DNA of 64,000 nucleotides, from assembly GCA_040954595.2 (NCBI GenBank), contig CM082596.2, positions 9,940,461-10,004,460 on the forward strand, in the 5' to 3' direction. Position 1 is the stretch's first letter. Each line of letters starts with the position of its first letter. Position numbers and translations under genes: made by a program. The notes below the pieces were generated by a model. It saw only the letters and a program-made list of their open reading frames with translations, had not been told where the DNA came from and did no database searches. Source of the DNA: Balanoglossus misakiensis (Eukaryota > Animalia > Hemichordata). Positions 15,664 to 26,738 of this stretch are shown here, in pieces.

Positions 15664-16020
15664 GTCATAGTCCAGTGGTTAGAGCATCAGACCCATAATC
15701 AAAGAATCAAGAGTTTGATCCCTGGCATGGTTGTGGTGTTGTGTCCTCTGGCAAGGCAATTTACATCTCCTTGCCTCTCCCTGCCTATAAGAAAAGGGTA
15801 ATTTGGTGGATCGGATATTGTAATGTGTATGTATAGGTCTGCTTTGCTGATATAAAAGCTGCACATGTGAGCTGTTGTTTGCTCCCCATGGAGTGGAATG
15901 GAATATTTTAGGTCCAACGACCTAGGTCAAATTACCATGGGAAACACTTCAAAGCAGCACATTGAGATTTATTGCATAATGTGCTATATAAGTAATAAAT
16001 ATTATATTGATATTATTACA
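15664..16020 (+). mobile_element. tRNA-derived SINE
   Basis: A-box-like TAGTCCAGTGGTTAGAGC and B-box-like GAGTTTGATCCC, then TGTTGTGTCCTCTGGCAAGGCA (a common SINE central motif), CTCCCCATGGAG, and a TGCTATATAAG tail ending in AT-rich sequence. Confidence 0.7.
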
Positions 16021-16091
16021 TAAACAACACTCTTACTTAGCAAAGGAAGTGGTCAGGTGAACTATATTCGCAGAGCTGACCAATTGTTTAA

Positions 16092-16434
16092 AGGGGCAAA
16101 GTCTCTCATCGCTGCCTTTTTTCAATTAATTATGTATGATACAAGACGCCATTGATGTTATTCTACATGTGGATATATGGTGAATCAACATTCGACCACA
16201 CACAACTTCCGTCTCGTTTGTACGATATGAGAGTAAAAACTCGCCCAAAATGAATAAATGGTAAAGAACGATTATTCATTTTGGCGAGTTTTTCACTCTC
16301 CTGTCTATAAGAGGGATGGAAGTTGTGTGTGGTTGAACGTTCATTCGCTATATATCCACATGTAGAATAACAAACGGTGTCTCTTATCAAATATAATATG
16401 GGAAAAAGGGCAGCGAGAGAGAGACTTTGTCCCT
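16092..16434. mobile_element. Palindromic MITE, Kolobok-type; third copy of the 46557/52725 family, right TSD absent
   Basis: TTAA|AGGGGCAAAGTCTCTC...GAGAGACTTTGTCCCT. The element is almost fully self-complementary and is followed by CACATG instead of TTAA. Confidence 0.8.
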
Positions 16435-16436
16435 CA

Positions 16437-16965
16437 CATGGGGATTAAATGCACATGCGTGTGTATTTAAAGTTAACTGTAAATCCCCAGGTTAATACGT
16501 GGCCAAAAGCACTGTAATTTGGCATTTCTAATGATGGTGAGATGTTGTTTGCTCCCCAGGGAGTTGAATGGAATATTTAGGTCCAACATCCTAGGTCAAA
16601 TGACCATGGGACAACTTAAAGCACGTTGAGATTTAATGTGCTACATAAGTTATAAATATTATAAAAATATTATTACATAAACAACACTCTTCCTTAGCAA
16701 AGGAAGTGGTCAGGTGAAATATATTCGCAGAGCTGACCAATTCTTTAAGGAAAATTAAAGTTGGGTAATTTGGATGTATTCATACGAGTGTTGGTCAATG
16801 ATAGGAAAGTCCTTTGTTCATTTTCAAAATGAAAACCAAAAATGCGAACAAAACACACTGAATTACGTATGGGATATTGATGTTGCCTAATTTGCGTGAC
16901 TCTACATTTACTTAAACTCTCACAGGGAGACAAATGTCACAGCAAACGGAAAAATGATTATGCTA
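16437..16965 (+). repeat. Duplicate of 12340-12860 (satellite part-monomer + SINE tail + flank)
   Basis: Direct colinear similarity to 12340-12860. Confidence 0.85.
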
Positions 16966-16967
16966 AG

Positions 16968-18935
16968 CAATACGCCAACCTTTAAAATATTACTTTAGAA
17001 AGTTTGTATTCATACTTTCTTCAAGTTGTCATAACGCTACCCCGAAATGTGTTTAAGTATTGCCTTTGTATTAATGGGCTAGATTCATGGCGTTATATGT
17101 CATAAATTAAAAAGCCAACCCTTATTGATTTTGATAATATTTATGTCGGAGAATCCACAATGAAAAATATGTATTTCAATTTCATAACTCAAAATGATTT
17201 TCAAATCCATGACCTTATTTTCAACTCCAGTGATCGTACATCCTGAACCTCGTGCCAGTAAATGATTGGCCATTACAGGGTTAATGGGCACTCTCCCGTT
17301 CTCTTCCTCCGCAGTTTCATTCATGTTCTTGTTTGACGGAAATGGGTGTGACCAGACGCTTGAATGTTTTCATGTGGGTGTCGTTGTTCATCGGGATCGG
17401 TCTCCTGGTGTGTCTGTACAGGTACGCAAGGAGAAACTGCCCACAAGAAGCTGCGAGTGAAACTATTTAAGGTAGTATGTGCCTCGCGGTCCGAGATTCA
17501 GACAAATGATAGTCCTCAAAACTTTTTCAAGTCTTTGATTTACTAAAGTGTATGGTGAGTCTCTTTGAAAACAACAAAAACATTACTCACCATATTGTTA
17601 TTTTTTTGAAAGTTTAAAATGAAGTTGACAATGTACCAAACAGATTCTATTTATTTCTTCATGACCATGTTCACCCCAAGGTCATATGGACCTGCAAGTA
17701 TATGCCAGAGCCAGAGTCGACATTACCGAAGCCAGAGTTCAAAGCTTGCAGGTCACCCCTTGCCAGCTCATGTCTAGCTAAACTGCCATGGATGCCAAGA
17801 GATATAGGACTACAGTAACCTGTAGATGGTTTCAGTATGTTTGAAGAAAGTGGTGGCGCACTTTTGGCTACATTTGAAATGGCTATGGTACCAGTGGTTG
17901 AATTTGCAAAGGTGACCTTTGACCTGGTATCATTAAAGATATTAAAGAACGATTGAACATTCCTTGTTGTCGTAAAATGACATCTGTAATAACTTATATT
18001 TTATCTGTTCATCTTGAAGTACTATATATTTAAACGCCAATTTTCCATTGCCAATCAATTTTTACAAATAAATTGTAATATGCATGTTGATTTTACAAAA
18101 ACTCCTTACTTCAAAGTGAATTCTGTTACACATCACGTAAATATTTTCCCCACGAATTCTTCAGTTGCTGACTCGGAAATTTCATATATTGGGCAGAAAT
18201 TGGATACATTACCGAGCCATTAAAATTACAGTTTTCTATTTTAATTGATCTTCCATAACTTCAAGTACTTTGATTTGACATAAATTAAAAACATCATGGT
18301 GAATAAATAAAAAATCTTTGATTATCTAATTGTGCATGTTTACATGGTTTTATTTTAGTATGCTGGGTACTTAATGTCTAATTGCTCGCTGATTTTATAC
18401 TGTTCAAGATGACAATCTAATTTTAGTTTTCAGCTGATAATGGAAATTACTGATTAAAAAAATTGAATTTTGTCATGAATAAACTTGTTGTTCATGGCAG
18501 TTGCTGTATTTTGTTTCATGTGTATTCAATTTTTGCAAGAATACCATTGAGCACAGTTTGATTTGATTAAACACGTTTATCGGAAAATTTTGTCATTTGA
18601 AATATCTGTTTTTGCGCCCTCTACCATTTGACCAAATGATTCTCTTATTTTGGTGGCCTTTGTCTGTGTATATGAGAATACTATAGTACTCTCGCATCGA
18701 TGATAGTAGAAGTTGAAAACGTCTCTTGCCACGTGGCCTAGAAGAAAGGTGATCTTTAGAGTAAAATAAAACAAACTATCCAGATAGGAAGCTAGAAAAG
18801 AAGTTGAATCGTTGAAATTTTATTTATTTTTATATTGTTAATATCGTTGGTGATGTTGACTGGCCGACAATCTTTGTCACACCAGTATTTGCAGGTAGAT
18901 TAAAACATTGCCTATTCCAGCAATAATCACAACAG
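16968..18935 (+). repeat. ~2-kb dispersed duplication, copy 1
   Basis: CAATACGCCAACCTTTAAAATATTAC...CCAGCAATAATCACAACAG is colinear with 33715-36625. Confidence 0.95.
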
Positions 18936-19149
18936 TCTTACTTTTTCTATCTTTGTAAGCGTTAATCTTTATTGACCTCGCTTGTTGTTTTGTGTTTTTG
19001 TGTTGTTTTTGTTTTTGTTTTGTTTTTTTAGTAGTTTCATAATTTTATTTGTATTTTTAAAATGTTTTCCTGTTTTTTGTTTAATTTTTTATTTTTTTTA
19101 CTATTTGTTGATTGTAATGCTGTATGGGTCTCGACTGTCGGTCCCAACT

Positions 19150-20446
19150 TGTCATATAATTAGGTAGTACTGGAGTCAGTGGAAACCCAGGTGCCCGCAT
19201 AATTTCAGGTGTAGTGACACCGTGTATTGTCATGTTAATGAATAGGGCTTCGTTAGCTAAGTTTCGTGTAGTAAGAGAGCACACTTCAATTTAGGTCTTG
19301 AAGGGAGCAACAAGTCGGGTCTCCCTGCTCAGTGAGTAGAAATACTAGGGGAAATATTGCACCATACCTTGCTGTGTCCATGTAATGCTGTAGCGCGCAT
19401 TAGTGCTCTCAGGACCACTGTTTCTGCAATTCGAGTGGAAGTAAATTCAGTACTTCTAGAAAGCAGAATTGTGCTTATTCAGTGCAAACCGGTGTGGTCG
19501 GGCGATTGGCGTGGCTGGCATGGTCGTATGTGGTGTGGCTGGAAATTGCTCCAAGCAGAGTTCTGTGGAACCATCCTATAGACCCGGTATTGCTGAGCAT
19601 GAAGTGTGGTGAAGAATTCTCGTGTAAGTAATGTATTTGTTTATTTATTTACTATAACTTAAATTTATATTTTATGGATATTTATGTCAAATTCGACAAT
19701 TTGTAAGTAATAGGACGGTCATAGTTAAAGCATAATTTTCCATGATATCACATGTAATCATGACGCTTTAACTAGTCCAAATTTCTGATAATTATTATTG
19801 AGAAACATCAGTATTCATTTGTGAACAGTTGCTAAGGTGGACATTTCAGTCAATGTTTGTTGATTTTTCATTCAGCCATTTAACCCAAGACTTGCATCTA
19901 ACAAGTCAGTCTTCAGTGTGTTTACTTGACTACTGGAGGACTACAAGTGGTAGAAAACATGGTGTATCACAGATTGTATGTGTAATGTGGATCGTCGCTA
20001 CATCGTTCATCTATACAGGACTCCATCCCATATTGTGGTTGAATCATGATTGTTTACTATGAATGTTATATACAGCTAAGTGACACTTACCATTGTTTAG
20101 ACAATATGCAATAGACAATAAACTATAGTGATATTGTGAATATATTCATTTATGTAATATATTAAGTAACCCATTGTATTGTATGACCAATTGTATCAGC
20201 ATACCTGTACCTGCTAAATTGGTTAGGACAGAGACATTTGATATTGTGCATATTGTGCACAAAAATTATATTCCTAGTATTATCTTTATATTATTTAATT
20301 GATTTAAATTAAATCAACTGTATTATTGTATCCGCACTGGTTTGTGTAGTTTCTCCCCATACCTTATCCACGGATGTTTACTCCTTGGCACTGAGAGCTG
20401 CTCAATATTTATCCTGGAATCAGAGGGGTGCCCTCCACCTCTGACA
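19150..20446 (+). repeat. 5' LTR (1297 bp) of a Gypsy retrotransposon
   Basis: TGTCA...TGACA inverted termini. The start is fixed by the paralogous uninterrupted site at 36935-36959 and the end by the PBS 2 nt downstream. Confidence 0.8.
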
Positions 20447-20448
20447 TT

Positions 20449-20465
20449 TGGGGGCTCGTCCGGGA
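20449..20465 (+). promoter_or_regulatory. Primer binding site, tRNA-Pro
   Basis: TGGGGGCTCGTCCGGGA matches the canonical tRNA-Pro PBS and sits directly after the LTR-terminal CA. Confidence 0.9.
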
Positions 20466-20784
20466 GTTTTATCGTTTTGTTGTGCATTTGTTTGTATACT
20501 ATCATAAATTGTTGCCATATAGTGGAGACCATGGTTTTGATAGGTAGAGATTCTGCAAATTGTGAAGACGGTGCTGGGTCTGTAGGCTGGTACTGTTACT
20601 GTATGTGCGCTTGTGGTTTCCTGCTATATAATATGGGCCGTGTTGGTTTGCGTCGTGCGTTTGGCTGTGTTGACTTGTGCTGAATGCCCTGTACTGCTAG
20701 GGGTTGTCAAACTGGGGGTTGTAAATCGCGATACAGCAAAGCATATATGCAGAAAGAATATCTAAGATAGGGAGAAAATTTGGG

Positions 20785-22557
20785 TTGGAAGGGACTGCTT
20801 TAAAAGATTATGTTAGAGAGGAACAAATTAGACAGAGGGATCTTAGGGCTACTGAGAGAGAGGAGCAGAGAGAAGATAATAGGCGGCGCGAGGAACATGA
20901 GAGAGAGATACTGAAAATGCAAATTCACTTACAAGAATTAAAATTGAAAGGGGAAAATACAGAACAGCAGGTTACTGAAAATAATTTGGCCAAAGCGCGT
21001 GCTCCGAGACTACAGGGTTTACGTGAGGATGTTGATGATATGGATGCGTACCTTCAACGTTTTCAGCGCTACGCCACTGCTCAGAAGTGGGAAAAAGATG
21101 ACTGGGGGTGAATCTCAGTGCATATTGTTACAAGGTAAGGATGTATCCACATACAACCAAATGCCTGCAGCGTCTGCAAATAATTATGATGAATTGAAAC
21201 CAGAGTTATTGAGGGCTTACCAGTTAAGTGAGGAGAGTTTTCATGACAAGTTCCGTTCGTGTATGCCACATTATGATGAAAGTGCTCAAAAGTTTATGGA
21301 CCGTATTGGTGACTATTTGGGCAGATGGGTAGAACTGGCTGGTACTCCAAAGACGTACAATGGGCTTACAGATCTGTTACTTCGAGAGCAGTTTATTGGA
21401 GTATGTTCCAGAGACATGGCAATGTTCATTAGAGAGCGACGGCCAGAGAATGTCCAAGAGATGGTATCTACTGCCTCAAAATACTTAGATGCCCGAGGGT
21501 GGTGGAAACTGCCAAGTAATGCCAAGAATAATCCAAGGAGCCAGCCGACAGCAAATACCAAGCCTGCTGTATATCCAAATCAAGTAAATAAGTTTAATAA
21601 CAAAACCAATGGTTCCCATGTTTTTAAAGGTACGTGCTTCGTATGTGGTAAAGGTGGTCATATGGCCAAAGATTGTAGAAGTAAGCCAAAGATGCATAAG
21701 ACGGCGGTATTGTTAACTGAAGAAGATAGAAACTATCCACCTAAACAAGAATGTACACATTGGGGCAACCGTCAACAGCCCAGGGGACTAGACACTGGTT
21801 ATGCATGTATGGTGGTAGCAATGGAAATAGATAAAACAGATGCAACACTGAATAAGGAGTTCGTGTTACCATGTGGTCATAAGCTCCCAGTGATGAGTGC
21901 TGCTTGTAGTGCCCATGGAGTGAAGAAGATGCCGGTAATGAAGGGATTGGTCGATGGTAAGCTGGTTAGCGTTTTGCGTGATAGTGGGTGTAGTAGCGTG
22001 GTAGTTCGAAGAAGTCTGGTGTCAAGTAATCAGCTGACTGGTGAGTACAGGACGTGTGTTCTGATAGATGGGACTATTAGAAGAGTACCTGTAGCCTCTA
22101 TAAAAGTTGATACCCCTTACTTTGTTGGTGATGTTACTGCACTGTGCATGATGAACCCTGTGTATGATTTAATACTGGGCAACATTGATGGTGTATCTGA
22201 CCCTTCGAATCCTGATACTACATGGCAGGAACCATTGCCGACATGTAGACTGTGTACAACTGTTGGACAGGTACCAGGTTTAGCAAATGCTGTGGAGACC
22301 AGAGCCCAGAAGATAGCCAACCAAAAACCAATCAGAGAGCTTAAAGTACCTAAAGCTGTTGGTGAAGTGGTGATGCCAGGGAAGCTTCAACAAGCTCAAG
22401 AAGAAGACTCCACTCTTGACAAACTACGTGAGAAGGCAATTTTGGGTGACGAGAAAGTGACTAGGAATGGAGGTAGGTTGAAGTTCATCATGAAAGATGG
22501 GATCCTGTACAGAGAGTTCAATTCGCCAATGGTCCAATTTGGTGAAAAGCTGTTACA
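20785..22557 (+). pseudogene. gag: gag-protease part of the Gypsy polyprotein (frameshift near 21110)
   Basis: Coiled-coil N-terminus and DMDAYLQRFQRYA in ORF 20785; LLLREQF, CFVCGKGGHMAKDC knuckle and LRDSGCS protease in ORF 20999. Confidence 0.9.
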
Positions 22558-22600
22558 CACTGCGGGAAATACTAGAGCTATGTTGGGCAGTATTCCGCGA
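22558..22600 (+). repeat. Left bipartite terminal inverted repeat
   Basis: CACTGC-N20-TGGGCAGTATTCCG. Confidence 0.8.
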
Positions 22601-22641
22601 AGCGCGAGCTCCCATGTTCACCATAGCAACGCATTGCCAAG

Positions 22642-23292
22642 ATGGCGGCGCCCGTGTTGATCGATGCCGAGAAAGTTATAAAACGCAAATTGCGAGAGGC
22701 AAAATCTGTGCTTAAACGTAAAAAATGCGTGTCGGACAATCTGTATATACACCCACTCTTTGATGAACTTGAGGATGTGACAACAAGGGCCATATTTCGA
22801 AACGACAAGCTGTCAAAGGACAAGATTCGTTGGCGTGACGTCGCCGTATTTCCCATGTTTCAGCGTGATATGACCTACTGGCAGAAGACCTTCTACGCTC
22901 GGCTGTCAACATCCCCGTCGTTAAGGTCACCATGGCAAAGCAGCTTTACACAACAAATGCCGAGGGAAGTATTTGATGTTTTTCATCAGTTTGCTACTCG
23001 GACCGGTTTTGGTATCGACGAGAAGACCTCCAGGGCTATCATAACCTTGACCTTCACAAGTTCCTCGAAGCTATTGTATGTGATACGGAAAGGTTATTGC
23101 TACGAGGGCGCTATCGGTCAGCATACAGAGAATATCCTAGAGAAGAAAGTCCGTGGAAAGAGGGTAGCTGTTATATGCACACCTGAGAAGCCCTGTGTTG
23201 TGAAATATTTTATCAACAGGGAGACTGTTGCTGTTAGATTCAGCTTTGGTGCCTGGAACAAACATGGAATTCCATTACATCCAGAGAACTGA
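22642..23292 (+). CDS. 216-aa basic protein of unknown function, transposon accessory gene
   Basis: Uninterrupted ORF with ATG in CAAGATGGCGGCG 84 bp inside the left end, AATAAA at ~23421 and a globular-looking composition. No domain recognised. Confidence 0.7.
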   Translation: MAAPVLIDAEKVIKRKLREAKSVLKRKKCVSDNLYIHPLFDELEDVTTRAIFRNDKLSKDKIRWRDVAVFPMFQRDMTYWQKTFYARLSTSPSLRSPWQSSFTQQMPREVFDVFHQFATRTGFGIDEKTSRAIITLTFTSSSKLLYVIRKGYCYEGAIGQHTENILEKKVRGKRVAVICTPEKPCVVKYFINRETVAVRFSFGAWNKHGIPLHPEN

Positions 23293-24144
23293 ACCCTATT
23301 GATTTTTCACACTGATTCAACCCATCTGACGAACATTTTTTTCCTGATCTGTGGCACATGTTGTTCAGTGTAGATGTATCAGTCTGTCAAGACAGTCCTC
23401 TCACAATTGACATATATTCAAATAAAAAAAGGAAAATTAGAAGACTCAAAAATTCATCACTTGTCTTTATTTATCTACATTCAATACAAATGAACAGATA
23501 ACGTTTACAAAATTTCCTAAACTGTAAAATTCTTTTTTTCCATCATTATTGTAACATAGATTTTTCATTAGTTTCAGAAAAAAATGTATGTTACCTACAA
23601 TCAACATTGATAAGTCAATCAAAACTGCTCATCTAACAGTTAACCAGGATTTCTGGTCTAAATTTAATTAATATTTACAATTAATTCCATGACAAAATTT
23701 ATAAATATCAAGAATTTGATGAGACTTAATTCTTTATTTTTTCACAAATTCATTAAAATTTCGTGCAGGTGCAGAATAAACAACTCCTCAAGAAAAATGT
23801 AAAACTTTTCTATCAAGCTTATGTATGTCATACATTTTAATTTTGCAAAGCACTGCAATCACTATACGATTAAGGGTTTATTCACAATACTTAATAGTGG
23901 TAAGATAAGTTTCAATTTCCCTGTCCCCATACATGCACACATATACAAAATCCCATAAGAAACATATCATCTCCAGTTCAAAAAGTGTGAATTCATGTGA
24001 TTTGTGATCTCCATTTTTATTAAATGCAGCTCTCAACTACAGATGAGTCTTTATAATTCTGTAATGTAATTAATACCATAGTTATCCTTTAATTCTAAAG
24101 TAGCACACAGTGACACAATCCACTGTTTCAAATTCAATCATTGT

Positions 24145-26385
24145 TCACAGCATAAGTTTCTTGAGTTTATTTGATATTTTACCAGTGACAGCTGCTTTTT
24201 TTATGTCATCCATAATTGGGTCAACACATATTTCACAGGCAGTCATTGTTTCATTTTTCAAATTGCCACACATACAGTAGCCTGCATTCTCATAATATCG
24301 ACTGGGAATGTATTTTTCTTTTTCTTTAAGCTCAAATTGACCTACATTTGCCCTTCTATAGTTGTCAGCTTTTGGACTTTTGTTCCTCAGCCAAAAAAGC
24401 ATCACATATTCGTGTCGAAATATGAGGGCCCACCTATTTTGAGGTGTAGAATTTTCACTGAATTCTAGCAGGCGTAGATGCTTTGCCTCTCTGCCTTCCA
24501 TTGTGTTTAGGCCTAATCCCAGACTGAATTGCTTATAGATACTAGTGGTGTGTTTTGGGACTACATAACCAATGTGCCACACAGTATTATTGACATTCAG
24601 AAACAGGGAATGTAGATTAAAGTACCACCGACACTTATGCCTAAGTACAAGCAAATCTCCCTCATTTATGTTGAATCGTGAGAATAACAAAGTGATATCT
24701 CTAAGCAAGATACCAGTATATGTGTAGAGAGCTAATTGAGCCCGACGCTTTGGACTGTCTGTATCGCTTCTCAATGCTAATACCAATCCCATGAAATGCC
24801 AAGCAAGTTTGCGAGACTCCTCACCAGTGAAGCGATAAACCACATTAATGTTGGCATTTGACTTGACACTATTTTCATTGAAGTATTTTACAATCTTATT
24901 ATACAACTTTCCAGCTTTTACTTGATATTTTAGGGCAGACAGGAATTTGTACAGATATGACTCGTTAGGTAGATTCTCAATTTTAACTCCATTTTCACGA
25001 CCCTTTTCCGAAGTGTGGGCAACTGCGTCAATCAGTAATCGTTGGAAGTAGTATTGCCATGCATTGTTCTTTAAATGCAATGGCTCAGCCTTGGCACAAT
25101 CAATAAATCTACCCAACGGTGGTACAAATTCCTGTCTTGACCTCAGACTGGCTATAAATTGTGTGATTTTGGGTCGCACTGTTTTGGGCTTTCCAGTTTT
25201 AATTTTCTTAGTTGACTTCAACTTTTCAACAGCTTCTGCATCTTTAATTCTTTTCTGATATTTCCATTCATCCCACTTCTGACCTGGGCCAATTTCTGCT
25301 CCAATACAATCAATATCATTTTTGGAAACGTTAGCAAATGAGCTGAAATACTTTGCTGCATTGCTTAGTTCTCCAGACACACTGGCCAATCCCTTCTGAT
25401 CAAAGGGTAAAAGTGACACCTGAAAAGTTACATCAAGACTGCCAACTTTATATTTACGTTTCTCAATACACTCAAGGTCTTTTGACAATGCAATTGCAAA
25501 TTCAATCATTATGGGGTCATCCTCTTTTATGTTTGCCCCTAATAGGAGAATATTGTGGTCTGGGCTAGCAACACGGTGGGTCACATTCAAGAAACTAACT
25601 AGCCATGCAGTGGCCTGTCCATGTTTGCCAAACGGAGCCCCGTCAGCACCTATACTGATTTGAAATGAGCCCTCCTGTTTACCGAACCAGTTAAGAATAT
25701 CAGGCTGTGTTTCCCCCATATTTAAATATAAACTGGCAATCTTAATAAGCAACTCCTCAGGGTTTCTTTTTAAGCCGACTTGTTTGCCTTCAGATGATAT
25801 AATTGGCTCAAGATTTCCAATGTCAAGGTTACTTACATACTGTACAACTTTTGTGTATGGGAGCAGTCTTGGTATTCTACAGCCAGAATGAATTTCTAAT
25901 GCTTTCCTAGGATGTTTCAAGTTGGAGAACATCTGAAGTTCACTCTGCCTCAGACAGTTATATTTTCGTTTGGATAGTACTCCGCCCTCATACATAGTTC
26001 TGACACTCCTCACCAAATTGTTCTCACTTTTCTCAAATTTACTGATGTATTTATCAAATACTGATGGCATTACTTTTTTACTGATTTGGGGAGAGGTTCT
26101 GAAGTATGTTTTCATTTGGTCAGGAGTGGCAGAATTAACAAGAGTATACCACAAACCATCAAGTGCTGCTTTTGGTGGATGTAGTACATTCGGTTTATTT
26201 ATACCTTTGGCTGGGCTTACATCTGTAGTTGCTACATGAATATTTATGGCTGCTGATAAGGTTTCACACCTACGTTCATACTGTTGACGTCGCGACAGCT
26301 TCAAAGATTCACTATTATCTGCACATACTTCAGTGTTCTTGTGGACCCATTTAGAGCGTTTCACATTAACATCATCAACAGGAAT
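24145..26385 (-). CDS. DDE transposase, RAG1-core/Transib/Chapaev-like; main (last) exon
   Basis: Motifs in RAG1 order: ISIGADGAPF (D), LLPFDQKGL (D), EPLHLKNN, RFTGEESRKL, GLGLNTMEGREAKH (E), then a C-terminal CMC-x9-CEIC. Splice acceptor TCTTTCAG at 26386, phase 0. Confidence 0.85.
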   Translation of the reverse strand: MPVDDVNVKRSKWVHKNTEVCADNSESLKLSRRQQYERRCETLSAAINIHVATTDVSPAKGINKPNVLHPPKAALDGLWYTLVNSATPDQMKTYFRTSPQISKKVMPSVFDKYISKFEKSENNLVRSVRTMYEGGVLSKRKYNCLRQSELQMFSNLKHPRKALEIHSGCRIPRLLPYTKVVQYVSNLDIGNLEPIISSEGKQVGLKRNPEELLIKIASLYLNMGETQPDILNWFGKQEGSFQISIGADGAPFGKHGQATAWLVSFLNVTHRVASPDHNILLLGANIKEDDPIMIEFAIALSKDLECIEKRKYKVGSLDVTFQVSLLPFDQKGLASVSGELSNAAKYFSSFANVSKNDIDCIGAEIGPGQKWDEWKYQKRIKDAEAVEKLKSTKKIKTGKPKTVRPKITQFIASLRSRQEFVPPLGRFIDCAKAEPLHLKNNAWQYYFQRLLIDAVAHTSEKGRENGVKIENLPNESYLYKFLSALKYQVKAGKLYNKIVKYFNENSVKSNANINVVYRFTGEESRKLAWHFMGLVLALRSDTDSPKRRAQLALYTYTGILLRDITLLFSRFNINEGDLLVLRHKCRWYFNLHSLFLNVNNTVWHIGYVVPKHTTSIYKQFSLGLGLNTMEGREAKHLRLLEFSENSTPQNRWALIFRHEYVMLFWLRNKSPKADNYRRANVGQFELKEKEKYIPSRYYENAGYCMCGNLKNETMTACEICVDPIMDDIKKAAVTGKISNKLKKLML

Positions 26386-26738
26386 CTGAAAGATTAAGTG
26401 TGTGATAAATATATACTAATTAGAATATAATCATTATATATAAAATAAAATCTTCTTACAAGTTAATCATTAATTTAAATGTCCTTGATAAGAAATACAC
26501 ACGTGTAGCCTGTATTTTTCTGACAACTTCTGCAATAAAAATCCTAAAAAATATATATAGTTTGTTGGAAAACCTAGATGTTTTGCATCAAAGCTGAACC
26601 CATTTTGTTATCATTGTTTACACAGGATCATGTGACATGAAGTTCAAAAAGCGAATTTGGGCTAAAATTTGAAGAGGATTTATACAAATCTGAGATTTTT
26701 AAAATTATGACTAAGTCTATTTATCTGATCTAGCTTAC

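Noticed and set aside
15664-15730. tRNA gene
   Set aside because: Degenerate A/B boxes with no convincing cloverleaf; the sequence continues into a SINE body.
18982-19110. Hydrophobic F/L-rich ORF
   Set aside because: T-rich low-complexity DNA.
22558-22660. C-terminal tail of ORF 20999-22660 (HTAGNTRAML...)
   Set aside because: Read-through into the inserted transposon end, not Gypsy protein.
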